Notes: generated by a model from the letters alone, not told the origin. A stretch of DNA of 64,000 bases from a bacterium (GCA_965216635.1 OZ244188.1:832001-896000); one strand, 5' to 3'. Shown: positions 29,168-39,152, counted from the stretch's first letter. Numbers and translations are program-made.

Positions 29168-30586
29168 ATGAAAAATACACTATTAAGGAGACTTGGTTGT
29201 TTAGGCTGTATTTTTACAGCTATTCTTTTATTCTCACACTTTGGCAGTTTGCAAGCCCAAGAAGCAGCAAAAAACCAAAGCAGAAAAACAGGTTGGTTTG
29301 CAGGTAGTAGCTACAGGTTGTCTCCCGTAGAATTAGAAATAACTCAAGGCACTAGAGAAGTTACTTTTACGGATACAAAAGTGGATACTAGAACTGAGGA
29401 AACGGTTGATGTCGCTATTAAACCTAATAATATTAGCACCAGATATGAAATAGAAATTGCTTCTAGTAGTGATATAAAAAAAACTTCAAATGCGGCATTA
29501 ACTGACGACGATAACGATTACTTTAAAGAACTAGGGGAGAAATACTGTAGGACTGGAGCTATTTCGGGGTTTGCACCACCAACGAACCCTGGTGTGACAG
29601 CAGATCCTTATCCAGACGAAAAGTGGATAGGAAGGACTGGAGGACTCAATCAAATAAGCGCGCAGTTAGGTTGTGCAATACCTGAGGTTACTTCTGGGAA
29701 TTTTAGTACTTATTTTCCAAATACTACTCCCAATAGCCTTCCCCCTACCACTTACAGTTCTTCCTCTAGTAGGATTATCAACAACTCAACGGGAGCTGAT
29801 ATTCAGGCTACCAGCAATAAAATTGGAGGGCAAAATATCTATTTTGGCTACAACTTTGAAAAATTCAGAGTAACTTTCAGCGACTCTCGTTGGAATTCTG
29901 GAGCAGCAAAGATCCAATCTCAAATGGTTTTTGCTGATTGGTTTTTACCCCGTAATCTTTACGCTGGATTCGGTATAGCCAGAAGCCATTTAGCTACATC
30001 TTTTGGCTCGGATTCTTCCATCAAACCAGTGATTACCTTTGGTAAACGCAGAAGAATATCCCAGAGATTGACTGTAGAAATTGGTTTTTTATACCAGCAG
30101 GTGGAACTCAGTGTGTCCAACAACAGCAATAACAAACCAAACAATATATCCTTGGGAACACCGTCTGTAGGGGCAGAAATAGCAGGAGAACAACGAACAA
30201 ACACAACTAGCAGAACTGGTACATTACCTGATACATTACAAAATACAGAAATCAGAACAAAGCATGTAGAAGCACACCAAGCGGTAATTGATAATAATTG
30301 TGTTGGGATTACTGGTAATTGTCCTGATAATCCTGCTAAAGAAATTTTTATTGTCCCTCTTGGTGAGACTGTATTTAAAAGGGTTGGAAACGTAGGCCCA
30401 GAGATTGGCTTTAAAGCCACTAGAATTGTAACTATTACAGGAGAACAGGCAGAGTTCATAACAACCACTACAACGCAAGAGTTCAAAACAACCACAACCA
30501 CAGAAGGAACTGCAACGCAAACGCAAAACGAAGCAAAAGTTACGATTCCTTCCACAGTCTTTATCAATATCCATCTCTCTTTTTAG
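29168..30586 (+). CDS. Putative outer-membrane beta-barrel surface protein, paralog 1
   Basis: Signal peptide ending LQA; amphipathic strands (GWFAGSSY, NIYFGYNF, LYAGFGI, TVEIGFLYQ); C-terminal FINIHLSF ending in Phe; start moved out of the MITE. Confidence 0.7.
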   Translation: MKNTLLRRLGCLGCIFTAILLFSHFGSLQAQEAAKNQSRKTGWFAGSSYRLSPVELEITQGTREVTFTDTKVDTRTEETVDVAIKPNNISTRYEIEIASSSDIKKTSNAALTDDDNDYFKELGEKYCRTGAISGFAPPTNPGVTADPYPDEKWIGRTGGLNQISAQLGCAIPEVTSGNFSTYFPNTTPNSLPPTTYSSSSSRIINNSTGADIQATSNKIGGQNIYFGYNFEKFRVTFSDSRWNSGAAKIQSQMVFADWFLPRNLYAGFGIARSHLATSFGSDSSIKPVITFGKRRRISQRLTVEIGFLYQQVELSVSNNSNNKPNNISLGTPSVGAEIAGEQRTNTTSRTGTLPDTLQNTEIRTKHVEAHQAVIDNNCVGITGNCPDNPAKEIFIVPLGETVFKRVGNVGPEIGFKATRIVTITGEQAEFITTTTTQEFKTTTTTEGTATQTQNEAKVTIPSTVFINIHLSF

Positions 30587-30687
30587 TGCATAGCTTATAA
30601 GCAGTAGGATTTTTGTAAAGATTTGGGGACTTGTTTTTCTAGCGCTGTAGGTTGAAAAAAACACAAAAAAATTAAAATAAATTTTAA

Positions 30688-30847
30688 TAGACCTTATGAA
30701 TTTGCGCTCTGTTTAGCCTAAACAAGCTTATTGCTTGACGCTTTTTATGGGCTATTTAACAGCCAAAGGGCAGTTTCACAGTTCATTCTTGCTTAACGCA
30801 AGGTTTGTAGTGTTCTTTGTTACGCCATTGAAAAAATTTTAAAAAAT
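30688..30847. repeat. Partial palindromic element (left end only), part of the 2-kb duplication
   Basis: TAGACCTTATGAATTTGCGCTCTG..., near-identical to 28634-28790. Confidence 0.7.
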
Positions 30848-30947
30848 AAAAAAAACAAGTATTAAATAAAAAAAAACTTGCTAAAATAATTTTTTTCAAC
30901 CATTCTTTCTCTCTTAGGAGCCTATTTTGGCTTTTTTTTAACTTAAA

Positions 30948-31206
30948 TAGACCTTTGAATTTCGCTGATGTGACGGCTAGCCAAATGGTTAGAACAGGTG
31001 CAAAAAAAATTTTTAGCTCGCAGGAATACTCAAGTATTTCAAGAGTTAAAAATTTTTTTTAATGGCGTAGTGCTAAACACTACAAAACTTAACGTTCAGC
31101 AAGAGTGAAATGTGAAACAGCCAGTGGCTGTTTCACAAATAGCCTGTCTGAAGTTTTAAGCAATGAGCTTTGTTTTGGCTAAACAGAATGCAAATTCAAA
31201 AGTCTA
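30948..31206. mobile_element. MITE-like element, duplicate of 28892-29150
   Basis: Near-identical sequence and the same TTAAA flanks. Confidence 0.85.
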
Positions 31207-31223
31207 TTAAACAACAAATAATT

Positions 31224-32615
31224 ATGAAAAATACATTATTATTATTATTATTAAGGAGACTTGGTTGTTTAGGCTGTATTTTTACAGCTATTCTTTTATT
31301 CTCACAGTTTGGCAGTTTGCAAGCCCAAGAAGCAGCAAAAAACCAAAGCAGAAAAACAGGTTGGTTTGCAGGTAGTAGCTACAGGTTGTCTCCCGTAGAA
31401 TTAGAAATAACTCAAGGCACTAGAGAAGTTACTTTTACGGATACAAAAGTGGATACTAGAACAGAATCCGATATTGAAGAAACCGTTGATGTCACTATAA
31501 CTGACCCTGATAATGTTCGCACCAGATATGAAATAGAAGTAACCAATGATGCGGTAACAGGACTTTCAAGCAATGATGAGGATAATATCCGTTACCTTCA
31601 AAAAGTAGCGGAAAGAATCTGTAGGGAAGGAAAGGGCTTTGGCCAGCCTGTGACAGCAGATCCTTATCCAGACGAAAAGTGGGCCACTCAGACTGGAGGC
31701 AGTGATGTAATTATCTCTTCTGGAGGTTGTTTCAAACTTAAAGAAGTTACTTCTGGAAATTTTATTACTCATTCTAGTTTTTCCACTACCACTAACAGTT
31801 CTTCCTCTAGTAGGATTATCAACAACTCAACGGGAGCTGATATTCAGGGTACCAGCAATAAAATTGGAGGGCAAAATATCTATTTTGGCTACAACTTTGA
31901 AAAATTCAGAGTAACTTTCAGCGACTCTCGTTGGAATTCTGGAGCAGCAAAGATCCAATCTCAAATGGTTTTTGCTGATTGGTTTTTACCCCGTAATCTT
32001 TACGCTGGATTCGGTATAGCCAGAAGCCATTTAGCTACATCTTTTGGCTCGGATTCTTCCATCAAACCAGTGATTACCTTTGGTAAACGCAGAAGACTAT
32101 CCCAGAGATTGACTGTAGAAATTGGTTTTTTATACCAGCAGGTGGAACTCAGTGTATCCAACAACAGCAATAACAAACCAAACAATATATCCTTGGGAAC
32201 ACCGTCTGTAGGTCCAGAAATAGTAGGAGAAAAAAAAGGACCAGTTTCATCAAGCAGAACTGATACATCACAAATAGAAATCAGGACAACATTTGCGGAT
32301 GGATACCGAGAAGCGCTTGCTGAATGCGTTGATCAAGTAACTTATCCTCGCTCAAATTGTCCTGATGATGGAACACGCATAGAACTTGCTATTAATTCTT
32401 TTCCCGGCGGGAACATGCTCTCAGGGGAATTTAAAATCAGACCCGTTAGAATTGTAACTATTACAGGAGAACAGGCAGAGTTCATAACAAACACTGCAAG
32501 AAAGCAAGAATTCAAAACAACCACAACCACAGAAGGAACTGCAACGCAGGAGCAAAACGAAGCAAAAGTTACGATTCCTTCCACAGTCTTTATCAATATC
32601 CATCTCTCTTTTTAG
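31224..32615 (+). CDS. Putative outer-membrane beta-barrel surface protein, paralog 2
   Basis: Same scaffold as 29168-30586 with two divergent inserts; (TTA)6 tract in the signal peptide. Confidence 0.7.
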   Translation: MKNTLLLLLLRRLGCLGCIFTAILLFSQFGSLQAQEAAKNQSRKTGWFAGSSYRLSPVELEITQGTREVTFTDTKVDTRTESDIEETVDVTITDPDNVRTRYEIEVTNDAVTGLSSNDEDNIRYLQKVAERICREGKGFGQPVTADPYPDEKWATQTGGSDVIISSGGCFKLKEVTSGNFITHSSFSTTTNSSSSSRIINNSTGADIQGTSNKIGGQNIYFGYNFEKFRVTFSDSRWNSGAAKIQSQMVFADWFLPRNLYAGFGIARSHLATSFGSDSSIKPVITFGKRRRLSQRLTVEIGFLYQQVELSVSNNSNNKPNNISLGTPSVGPEIVGEKKGPVSSSRTDTSQIEIRTTFADGYREALAECVDQVTYPRSNCPDDGTRIELAINSFPGGNMLSGEFKIRPVRIVTITGEQAEFITNTARKQEFKTTTTTEGTATQEQNEAKVTIPSTVFINIHLSF

Positions 32616-32674
32616 TGCATAGCTTATAAGCAGTAGGATTTTTGTAAAGATTTGGTCTGTCTAAAATACAAAAT

Positions 32675-32832
32675 TGCAGAGGATGTTTTTTTTTCTTCTT
32701 TACCTGCAGGGGACACATTTTTATCTACCGATAAAAAAATGTCCCCTGCAATATTTTTGTTTTTTTTTCTGAAACCTGCAGAGGACTTTTTTTTTGCCCA
32801 AAATGGTTAAATAAGCAAAAAATCTGTCCCCG
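32675..32832. repeat. Cluster of small GC-rich inverted repeats (TGCAGGGGACA...TGTCCCCTGCA)
   Basis: One clear hairpin at about 32705-32750, plus degenerate TGCAGAGGA and CTGTCCCC copies. Confidence 0.55.
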
Positions 32833-32907
32833 TCAAAATACAAAAAAAACTTGACTTTAATAATAAAAAATAGTAATTCTCTCTATAAAATCTATCAAAT
32901 ACGATCA

Positions 32908-34170
32908 ATGAAAAACTTACAAAAAATTTCTATCCTATTAAAAGCGGTGTTTTTTGTTTTTTTGGCTTTTATTATTTCTTGTAACGGGCAAATAGAGCAA
33001 ACAGAGCTTACCCATCCCATCCCTTTAGAAACATTATCTTATCCTAAAGATTCTCAAACTATGCAAGTTTTTGAAGAAGCAGAACCTATAAAACAATACT
33101 TTCCCATAAAAAATGGTAATGAAAAATGGAAAGTAGCCTACCTAGAAGGAGGACCCTATATTGAATACAGAAACTATCTTACAGCTATTATTGAGGGTTT
33201 AATGGAAATCGGCTGGATGGAAAAAGAACTAATTCCTGAGTTTGAAGAAGATAGCAATGGAGAGAGTAGCACTAAGTTGTGGAATTGGTTAGCTACAAAA
33301 TCAAAATCAAAATATATCTCTTTTGTGAAAAATGGACATTATAGCTCGGATTGGGACGATAGCATCAGGGTGAAAACGCAAACACAAATGATTCAGAGAC
33401 TTAAAAATACTAAAGATATTGATTTGGTTATTGCAGCCGGCACTTGGGCAGGAAAAGATTTAGCAAACAATAAACACAAAATTCCAGCGATTGTTGTTAG
33501 CACAAGCGCCCCTGTAGAAGCGGGTATTATAAAAAGTCCAGAAGATTCAGGTTTTAACCACATTTTAGCTCAAGTGGACCCTTTAAAATGGCAACAGCAA
33601 CTCAACTTATTTTATAATGTTGTTGAGTTTAAAAAACTAGGAGTTGCTTATGAAAACACCCAAAATGGTAAGAGCTACGCTGCCCTAGATTCTGTTTTGA
33701 GAGTTGCTAAGGAAAAAGGATTTCAAGTAAAAAAATGCACCGCACCTAGCGATATACCCAATGTAGAGCTGGCTTATAGAAAACTTTTGCAATGCCATAA
33801 AAAATTAGCAAGAGAAGTGGATGCTATGTTTATTACAGATCACGGTGGCTTTAGTGGGAAGGCTGGCATCAAGCCTTTACTAGAACCTTTTGTAAAAGCA
33901 AAAATTCCCACTTTATCTCAGTTAGGTTATGACCATGTGAGGCAGGGTGTTTTACTAGGGATTGGCAGCACAGATTATAACTCTTTTGGTATTTATTACG
34001 CACAAGTAATACAAAGAATTTTTAATGGAGAAAAACCTCGCAACATCTCCCAAATTTTTATTTCTCCCGTAGTTATTGCCATCAACCTCGCAGTCGCTAA
34101 AGAATTAGGTTTTGAACTTACTGCTGGTATACTAGGGGCAGCGGATGCTATTTTTACAGAGGTAGAGTAA
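32908..34170 (+). CDS. ABC-type substrate-binding lipoprotein
   Basis: Lipobox-like FIISC; WKVAYLEGGPY, DLVIAAGTWAG, IFNGEKPRNI, INLAVAKELG. Confidence 0.75.
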   Translation: MKNLQKISILLKAVFFVFLAFIISCNGQIEQTELTHPIPLETLSYPKDSQTMQVFEEAEPIKQYFPIKNGNEKWKVAYLEGGPYIEYRNYLTAIIEGLMEIGWMEKELIPEFEEDSNGESSTKLWNWLATKSKSKYISFVKNGHYSSDWDDSIRVKTQTQMIQRLKNTKDIDLVIAAGTWAGKDLANNKHKIPAIVVSTSAPVEAGIIKSPEDSGFNHILAQVDPLKWQQQLNLFYNVVEFKKLGVAYENTQNGKSYAALDSVLRVAKEKGFQVKKCTAPSDIPNVELAYRKLLQCHKKLAREVDAMFITDHGGFSGKAGIKPLLEPFVKAKIPTLSQLGYDHVRQGVLLGIGSTDYNSFGIYYAQVIQRIFNGEKPRNISQIFISPVVIAINLAVAKELGFELTAGILGAADAIFTEVE

Positions 34171-34181
34171 TTAGGCATTCT

Positions 34182-34400
34182 GAGACTATTGAATTAGACA
34201 TTCTAGTTCAGCTATACTGCGTTGCTCAAGTTTTTTATTCCTCAAAATACTCTCTGTATTCCTCTTGGGTAAAAAACTTTCACGCCTTGTCTAGCTTTCC
34301 TATAATGCTAAAGTTCAACAAATGTTAAAAAATAAGGTCTCGTTCTAGTTCAGCTATGCAGCGTTGCTCAAGTTTTTTATTCTTCAAAATATTCTCTTCC
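34182..34400. repeat. GAGAC-subfamily element plus partial tandem copy
   Basis: GAGACTATTGAATTAGACATTCTAGTTCAGCTATACTGCGTTG is the reverse complement of the 4310-4352 end; TTCTAGTTCAGCTAT module repeated at about 34343. Confidence 0.65.
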
Positions 34401-34429
34401 TCAAAATACTTTTCTTTTGCATAAAATAA

Positions 34430-35599
34430 ATGAAGACTACTTGCGTTGAAAACCTACCAGACCTTACAAACAAAAAAGTTTTTTTAAGACTAGACTTAAA
34501 TTTTCCTTTAGATAACAAAGGTATTGTTTCTGATACTACTCGTCTACAAAAAGCCTTACCTACTTTAAAATATCTTTTTCAAAAAAAAGCCAAAGTTGCT
34601 ATCTTTTCCCATTTAGGCAGACCAAAAAATGCAGCAGACAAACACCTCTCTTTAGAGCCTATCAGTGAAATTTTAACGGAGCAGCTAAAACGGAAAGTCA
34701 TTTTTGTAAAAAAGCTTGAAGAATTAAATGATGCTATAACCAACCTTTCTCCATCAGAAATTCTTCTTATGGAAAACCTTCGTTTTTTTGCTGCAGAAAA
34801 AAAAAATGATTCTTTGTTTTGTGAAAATTTGGCGAGTTCTTTTGATTATTTTGTGAATGATTCTTTTGGCACCGCTCATAGAAAAGAGGCTTCTAATTAT
34901 GGATTACCTCAGTATTTTAACACCCCTGTTTATGGGTTTTTGATTCAAAAAGAATTAGAGAAGTTAAGTAAATTAATCCATAATCCCCCCAAACCTTTTG
35001 TGGCAATTTTTGGAGGTGCTAAATTGAAAGATAAAATTGCAATTTTAGAAAATCTAGCTCCCAAGATGGATAGCATTCTTGTGGGAGGAGGTATGGCTTA
35101 TACATTTTTAAAAGTTCAAGGTAAAGAAATAGGCAATTCACTTTTAGACAAAGAGCATCTAAAATCTGCAGAAATTCTTTTGAAAAAATATGCAGCTAAA
35201 ATTTTTCTTCCCCAAGATCATTTAGTAGTAGACAAACTAGAAACCAATGCTTGCTATTCTAAGATGGAAGAAATTCTAAAAAATAAAATAGCAGTAGATA
35301 TTGGAGAAAAAACTGTTCGGGTTTATCAACAACAAATTGCAAAAGCAAAATGTATTTTTTGGAATGGGCCTATGGGAGTTTTAGAAATAGCTCCTTTTGA
35401 GAAAGGGACGCATCAAATCACCCGTGCTATAGCTAATAGCTCTGCTTTTAGTGTTATTGCAGGAGGAGATTCTATCCTATCTGTGAATAAGTTGGACTTA
35501 GAAGAAAAAATAAGTCATATTTCTACAGGAGGAGGGGCTGCAATGAAATTTTTGGAAGGAGAAGAGTTACCTGCGATTGCTGTATTGAAAAAATATTAG
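34430..35599 (+). CDS. pgk: Phosphoglycerate kinase
   Basis: RLDLNFP, SHLGRP, ENLRF, NDSFGTAHR, WNGPMG, HISTGGGA. Confidence 0.97.
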   Translation: MKTTCVENLPDLTNKKVFLRLDLNFPLDNKGIVSDTTRLQKALPTLKYLFQKKAKVAIFSHLGRPKNAADKHLSLEPISEILTEQLKRKVIFVKKLEELNDAITNLSPSEILLMENLRFFAAEKKNDSLFCENLASSFDYFVNDSFGTAHRKEASNYGLPQYFNTPVYGFLIQKELEKLSKLIHNPPKPFVAIFGGAKLKDKIAILENLAPKMDSILVGGGMAYTFLKVQGKEIGNSLLDKEHLKSAEILLKKYAAKIFLPQDHLVVDKLETNACYSKMEEILKNKIAVDIGEKTVRVYQQQIAKAKCIFWNGPMGVLEIAPFEKGTHQITRAIANSSAFSVIAGGDSILSVNKLDLEEKISHISTGGGAAMKFLEGEELPAIAVLKKY

Positions 35600-35737
35600 A
35601 CCTTTGAATTTGCGTTCTGTTTAGCCTATGCATTGTTTAAAATTCACAAAAAATGCTCACATACTATCGTGTATGCTCCACTTTTTTGTAAATTTTTGCC
35701 TAGCCTAGCCGTCACATAACACAAATTCAAAAGTCTA
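35597..35737. mobile_element. MITE-like element whose terminal TAG is the pgk stop codon
   Basis: TAGACCTTTGAATTTGCG...CAAATTCAAAAGTCTA; no clear TSD. Confidence 0.82.
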
Positions 35738-35773
35738 ATAGATAAAAAAACTTATATCATAGTCAACTGAAAA

Positions 35774-36520
35774 ATGAAAAAAATTTATATCATAGCTAAC
35801 TGGAAGATGAATCTCACTCTTGCAGAAAACCAAAAATTAGCCCAAAACTTAAAACAAAACTATCAACCTGTAAAAAAAATAGAGCTAGTTTTAGCACCAC
35901 AATTTCCAGCCTTGCCAGTTTTATCAGAAATTTTAAAAGACTCAACCATCGCACTAGCGGCTCAGAATTCTGGTTTTGAAACGAAAGGAGCCTATACAGG
36001 AGAGATTTCGCCTATTTTATTGAAAGAGTTGGGTTGTCGTTATTGCATTATAGGGCATTCGGAAAGAAGGCATATTTTTAAAGAAACTGTTGAGATGATA
36101 GCCAAAAAATTTTTTGTTCTGTGTAGTTTGGATATTATACCTATTTTTTGTGTCGGAGAAACCCTTGAAGAAAGAGAGCAGAATCAACTGCAAACTGTGA
36201 TTAAAGAACAACTACAGCCTATTTTAGAAAAATCAGAAACTTTAGGAAATACACCGCTCATTATTGCTTATGAACCTGTTTGGGCAATAGGCACTGGACT
36301 GACTGCAGACAAGGAGCAAATAGCAGAAGTTCTTTCTTTTATTTATAACCATTTGGTAGGAAAATTTGAAACGAATACAACAGCTATTCTTTATGGAGGA
36401 AGTGTAAAGCCAACGAATGCTGCAGAAATTTTGAGTATAGATCATGTTGATGGTTTGCTGGTAGGAGGAGCTTCTCTTATTGTGGAAGATTTTCTTGCTA
36501 TTATAGAATGTATAAAATGA
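35774..36520 (+). CDS. tpiA: Triosephosphate isomerase
   Basis: ANWKMN, GAYTGE, GHSERR, AYEPVWAIGTG, YGGSV, LVGGASL. Confidence 0.97.
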   Translation: MKKIYIIANWKMNLTLAENQKLAQNLKQNYQPVKKIELVLAPQFPALPVLSEILKDSTIALAAQNSGFETKGAYTGEISPILLKELGCRYCIIGHSERRHIFKETVEMIAKKFFVLCSLDIIPIFCVGETLEEREQNQLQTVIKEQLQPILEKSETLGNTPLIIAYEPVWAIGTGLTADKEQIAEVLSFIYNHLVGKFETNTTAILYGGSVKPTNAAEILSIDHVDGLLVGGASLIVEDFLAIIECIK

Positions 36521-37860
36521 ATAAAAAAGTAGATTTTTTGGTGATCGGAGGTGGTTCTGGAGGCGTGAGAGCAGCTCGTTTGTCCGCTTCTTTTGGAGCT
36601 AAAGTTCTTTTAATAGAAAAAAATCAATTAGGAGGCACTTGCGTTAATGTAGGCTGTGTTCCCAAAAAACTTTTTGTTTATGCCTCTGATTTTGTCCATC
36701 AATTTAAAGTAGCTCAAGGCTATGGCTGGGAGGTGCAAAGCCAGTTAAACTGGCAAAAATTTATCGCAAACAAAAACAAAGAAATTGCAAGATTAAATTC
36801 TATCTATCAAAAATTGCTAGAGGAAAGTGGTGTAGAAATTGTTTTTGGAGAAGCAAAACTCTTAGGTGAAAATACGGTTCAAGTAGGTGAGCAAACATAC
36901 CAAGCAGACAAAATTCTTTTAGCTACAGGAAGCAAACCTTTTTTACCAGAAATAGAAGGAATAGAACACGCCAATATTTCTGACGATATGTTTTTTTTAC
37001 CAGAACTACCTAAAAGAGCTACAGTGGTGGGCGCTGGATACATCGCAATAGAATTTGCGGGTATTTTTAATTCTTTGGGTATTGAAACAATCCTTATCCA
37101 TAGAAATGAGAATTTGTTGAAAGCATTTGATAGAGAAACTGTAGATCATCTAGCCTCTGAAATGAAAAAAAAAGGCATCACTTTTGAACTTAGCCGTCAA
37201 ATTAAAAAAATTCAAAAATTGGATAAATCTTTGCGGTTACAACTAGACAATGAAAAAGGGCAGTTAGATAAAGAGATAGAAACCGATTTATTGCTATACG
37301 CCATTGGTAGAAAACCTAATTTAGATAATTTATCTTTAAAAAAAATTGGCATCGCATTAGCAAAAAATGGAGGTATTAGCGTAAATTTATTTTTTCAAAC
37401 TACTAATCCGAATATCTATGCCATAGGAGATATTATCAATCATATTAACTTGACCCCCGTAGCTATCAAACAAGCTGTTGTTGTAGCAAACCATTTATTC
37501 AATAACTCTTCTATGGAATTAAACTATAAACATCTACCTACTGCAGTCTTTAGTCAACCTAATTTAGCAACAGTGGGGCTCAACGAAGAAGAGGCTAAAA
37601 AACAAGGAGAAGTAGAAATTTTTAAGGCAACACTCACACCTATGAAATATAGTTTGACAGATATCAAAGAAAAGGCTTTTTTAAAATTGATAGTAGCTAA
37701 ATCTAATCAAAAAATTATAGGAGCCCACATGGTAGGAGCAGATGCTGGAGAAATAATGCAAATTCTAGCTGTAGCTATTAGGGCTGGAGCCACTAAAATG
37801 GATTTTGATAATACTATAGGAGTGCATCCTAGTTTAGCAGAAGAGTGGGTTACTTTATAA
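36517..37860 (+). CDS. gor: Glutathione-disulfide reductase
   Basis: GGGSGG, GGTCVNVGCVPKK, GAGYIAIE, LTPVAI, HPSLAEE. Confidence 0.93.
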   Translation: MNKKVDFLVIGGGSGGVRAARLSASFGAKVLLIEKNQLGGTCVNVGCVPKKLFVYASDFVHQFKVAQGYGWEVQSQLNWQKFIANKNKEIARLNSIYQKLLEESGVEIVFGEAKLLGENTVQVGEQTYQADKILLATGSKPFLPEIEGIEHANISDDMFFLPELPKRATVVGAGYIAIEFAGIFNSLGIETILIHRNENLLKAFDRETVDHLASEMKKKGITFELSRQIKKIQKLDKSLRLQLDNEKGQLDKEIETDLLLYAIGRKPNLDNLSLKKIGIALAKNGGISVNLFFQTTNPNIYAIGDIINHINLTPVAIKQAVVVANHLFNNSSMELNYKHLPTAVFSQPNLATVGLNEEEAKKQGEVEIFKATLTPMKYSLTDIKEKAFLKLIVAKSNQKIIGAHMVGADAGEIMQILAVAIRAGATKMDFDNTIGVHPSLAEEWVTL

Positions 37861-37919
37861 CTCAAAAATCTCTCTAACAGAGCATAGCCTCTGTTTCAAC
37901 ACAAAAAAGAACGCTATTG

Positions 37920-38699
37920 CTACCAATAATTAATAATCAACTTATTACTATACCTAGCGTCTATTTTTTTCACTCTATTCCAGTCTTTTTGTAGGCGAAC
38001 AAAAAGCAAAGATAAGGTTTTAATTTTTAACTCAAAAAAAACATGTCCTAAAGATATAGATATTTTTTCTTTATCTTTCGGAACTCTCCATAGGAGATTC
38101 AGAGGGCTTTCAATTTCAATCTCAATCGGATGGTTTTTAGGAAAAATTTCTTCAGGAAAATCTCCTTGCTCTTTTTTTATAATTTCAAGAAGCTTTAGTG
38201 CTTTTTGAACTTCTCTTAAAGCTAAAACATCTTTGATTTTTAAGTATTGGTTATCTCTATAGAAAGATTCTGAGAAACGAATTATAGGTAAATAAGGATT
38301 GTTAAATGAAGAAACAGGAAAAGGGAAATGTTCCGCATCCAAAAAAAAAATTTTCACCCCTGTTTGGAGATAAGCCAAAGGCTCTTTTTTAGAAGCAGAT
38401 ACATGAATAAAATAAGGCAGGAATTTTTTAAGTTGGATTTTTGTTGTGGGGTTTTTGAGTTTTTCTTCTAATTCTTGAGTATCTAAAAATAGAATAGACT
38501 TTTTTTCTAATGCTAGTTTTTTTAAGGTGGATTGTTTATCTATCGGATACCCCAAAAAATTCACTTCCTTTACTGATAAAAAAAGATTCCAAGTATAGCC
38601 GAAAACAACGACCAGATTGAAAATAAGAAAAATTAAAATAGAAAAAAATTTTATAAGCAACCAAAGTTTTTTTTTCAAAGAAAGAGGTTGGGAAGTCAT
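37920..38699 (-). CDS. FtsQ/DivIB-like cell division protein (divergent)
   Basis: Single N-terminal TM, POTRA-like segment (K.LP...HV...KEPLA), C-terminal KIDARY. Confidence 0.55.
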   Translation of the reverse strand: MTSQPLSLKKKLWLLIKFFSILIFLIFNLVVVFGYTWNLFLSVKEVNFLGYPIDKQSTLKKLALEKKSILFLDTQELEEKLKNPTTKIQLKKFLPYFIHVSASKKEPLAYLQTGVKIFFLDAEHFPFPVSSFNNPYLPIIRFSESFYRDNQYLKIKDVLALREVQKALKLLEIIKKEQGDFPEEIFPKNHPIEIEIESPLNLLWRVPKDKEKISISLGHVFFELKIKTLSLLFVRLQKDWNRVKKIDARYSNKLIINYW

Positions 38700-38723
38700 A
38701 AAAATAAAGTGGCTTAAACTCTC

Positions 38724-39152
38724 CTATCTTAAAAAAACTACTTCAGATAAATCTTTCAGGTAAACCTCAAAACTACCGTAGCTTACAGTTCCCTCAACAA
38801 AAGTATCTCTCGCTATTTCTAATTTTAGCTTTTTACCGCCTAGTAGCTGGACTTCTAAGAAAAATCTGTCGCTTTGCGTCGGAAAGGATTTCAAAGCATC
38901 AATTTTTGAAAAAGGAATTGTTATCTTTAATTTACCAAGCATACCTTCCAAATAGAGCTGTTTATTCATACTCACCTTTTCTGCTTTAAGAGAAATGCCT
39001 TTATTGTCTAAAATTCGCACACGATAGTTTTTTATAGGCACAAAATTGCTTTGAGTGGTATTTTCTGAATCTCCTAACGCCCAAAGATTAATCTCTAAAA
39101 AAGTAAAAGAAAAGACAAAGAAAAAAGTAAAAAAGAGGGTTGTTTTTTTCAT
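38724..39152 (-). CDS. Exported hypothetical protein
   Basis: 142-aa ORF with signal-peptide-like N-terminus. Confidence 0.7.
   Translation of the reverse strand: MKKTTLFFTFFFVFSFTFLEINLWALGDSENTTQSNFVPIKNYRVRILDNKGISLKAEKVSMNKQLYLEGMLGKLKITIPFSKIDALKSFPTQSDRFFLEVQLLGGKKLKLEIARDTFVEGTVSYGSFEVYLKDLSEVVFLR

Noticed and set aside
29168..32615. Diversity-generating retroelement TR/VR pair
   Set aside because: Differences include indels and all base types rather than adenine-only changes; both copies are full ORFs; no reverse transcriptase in the window
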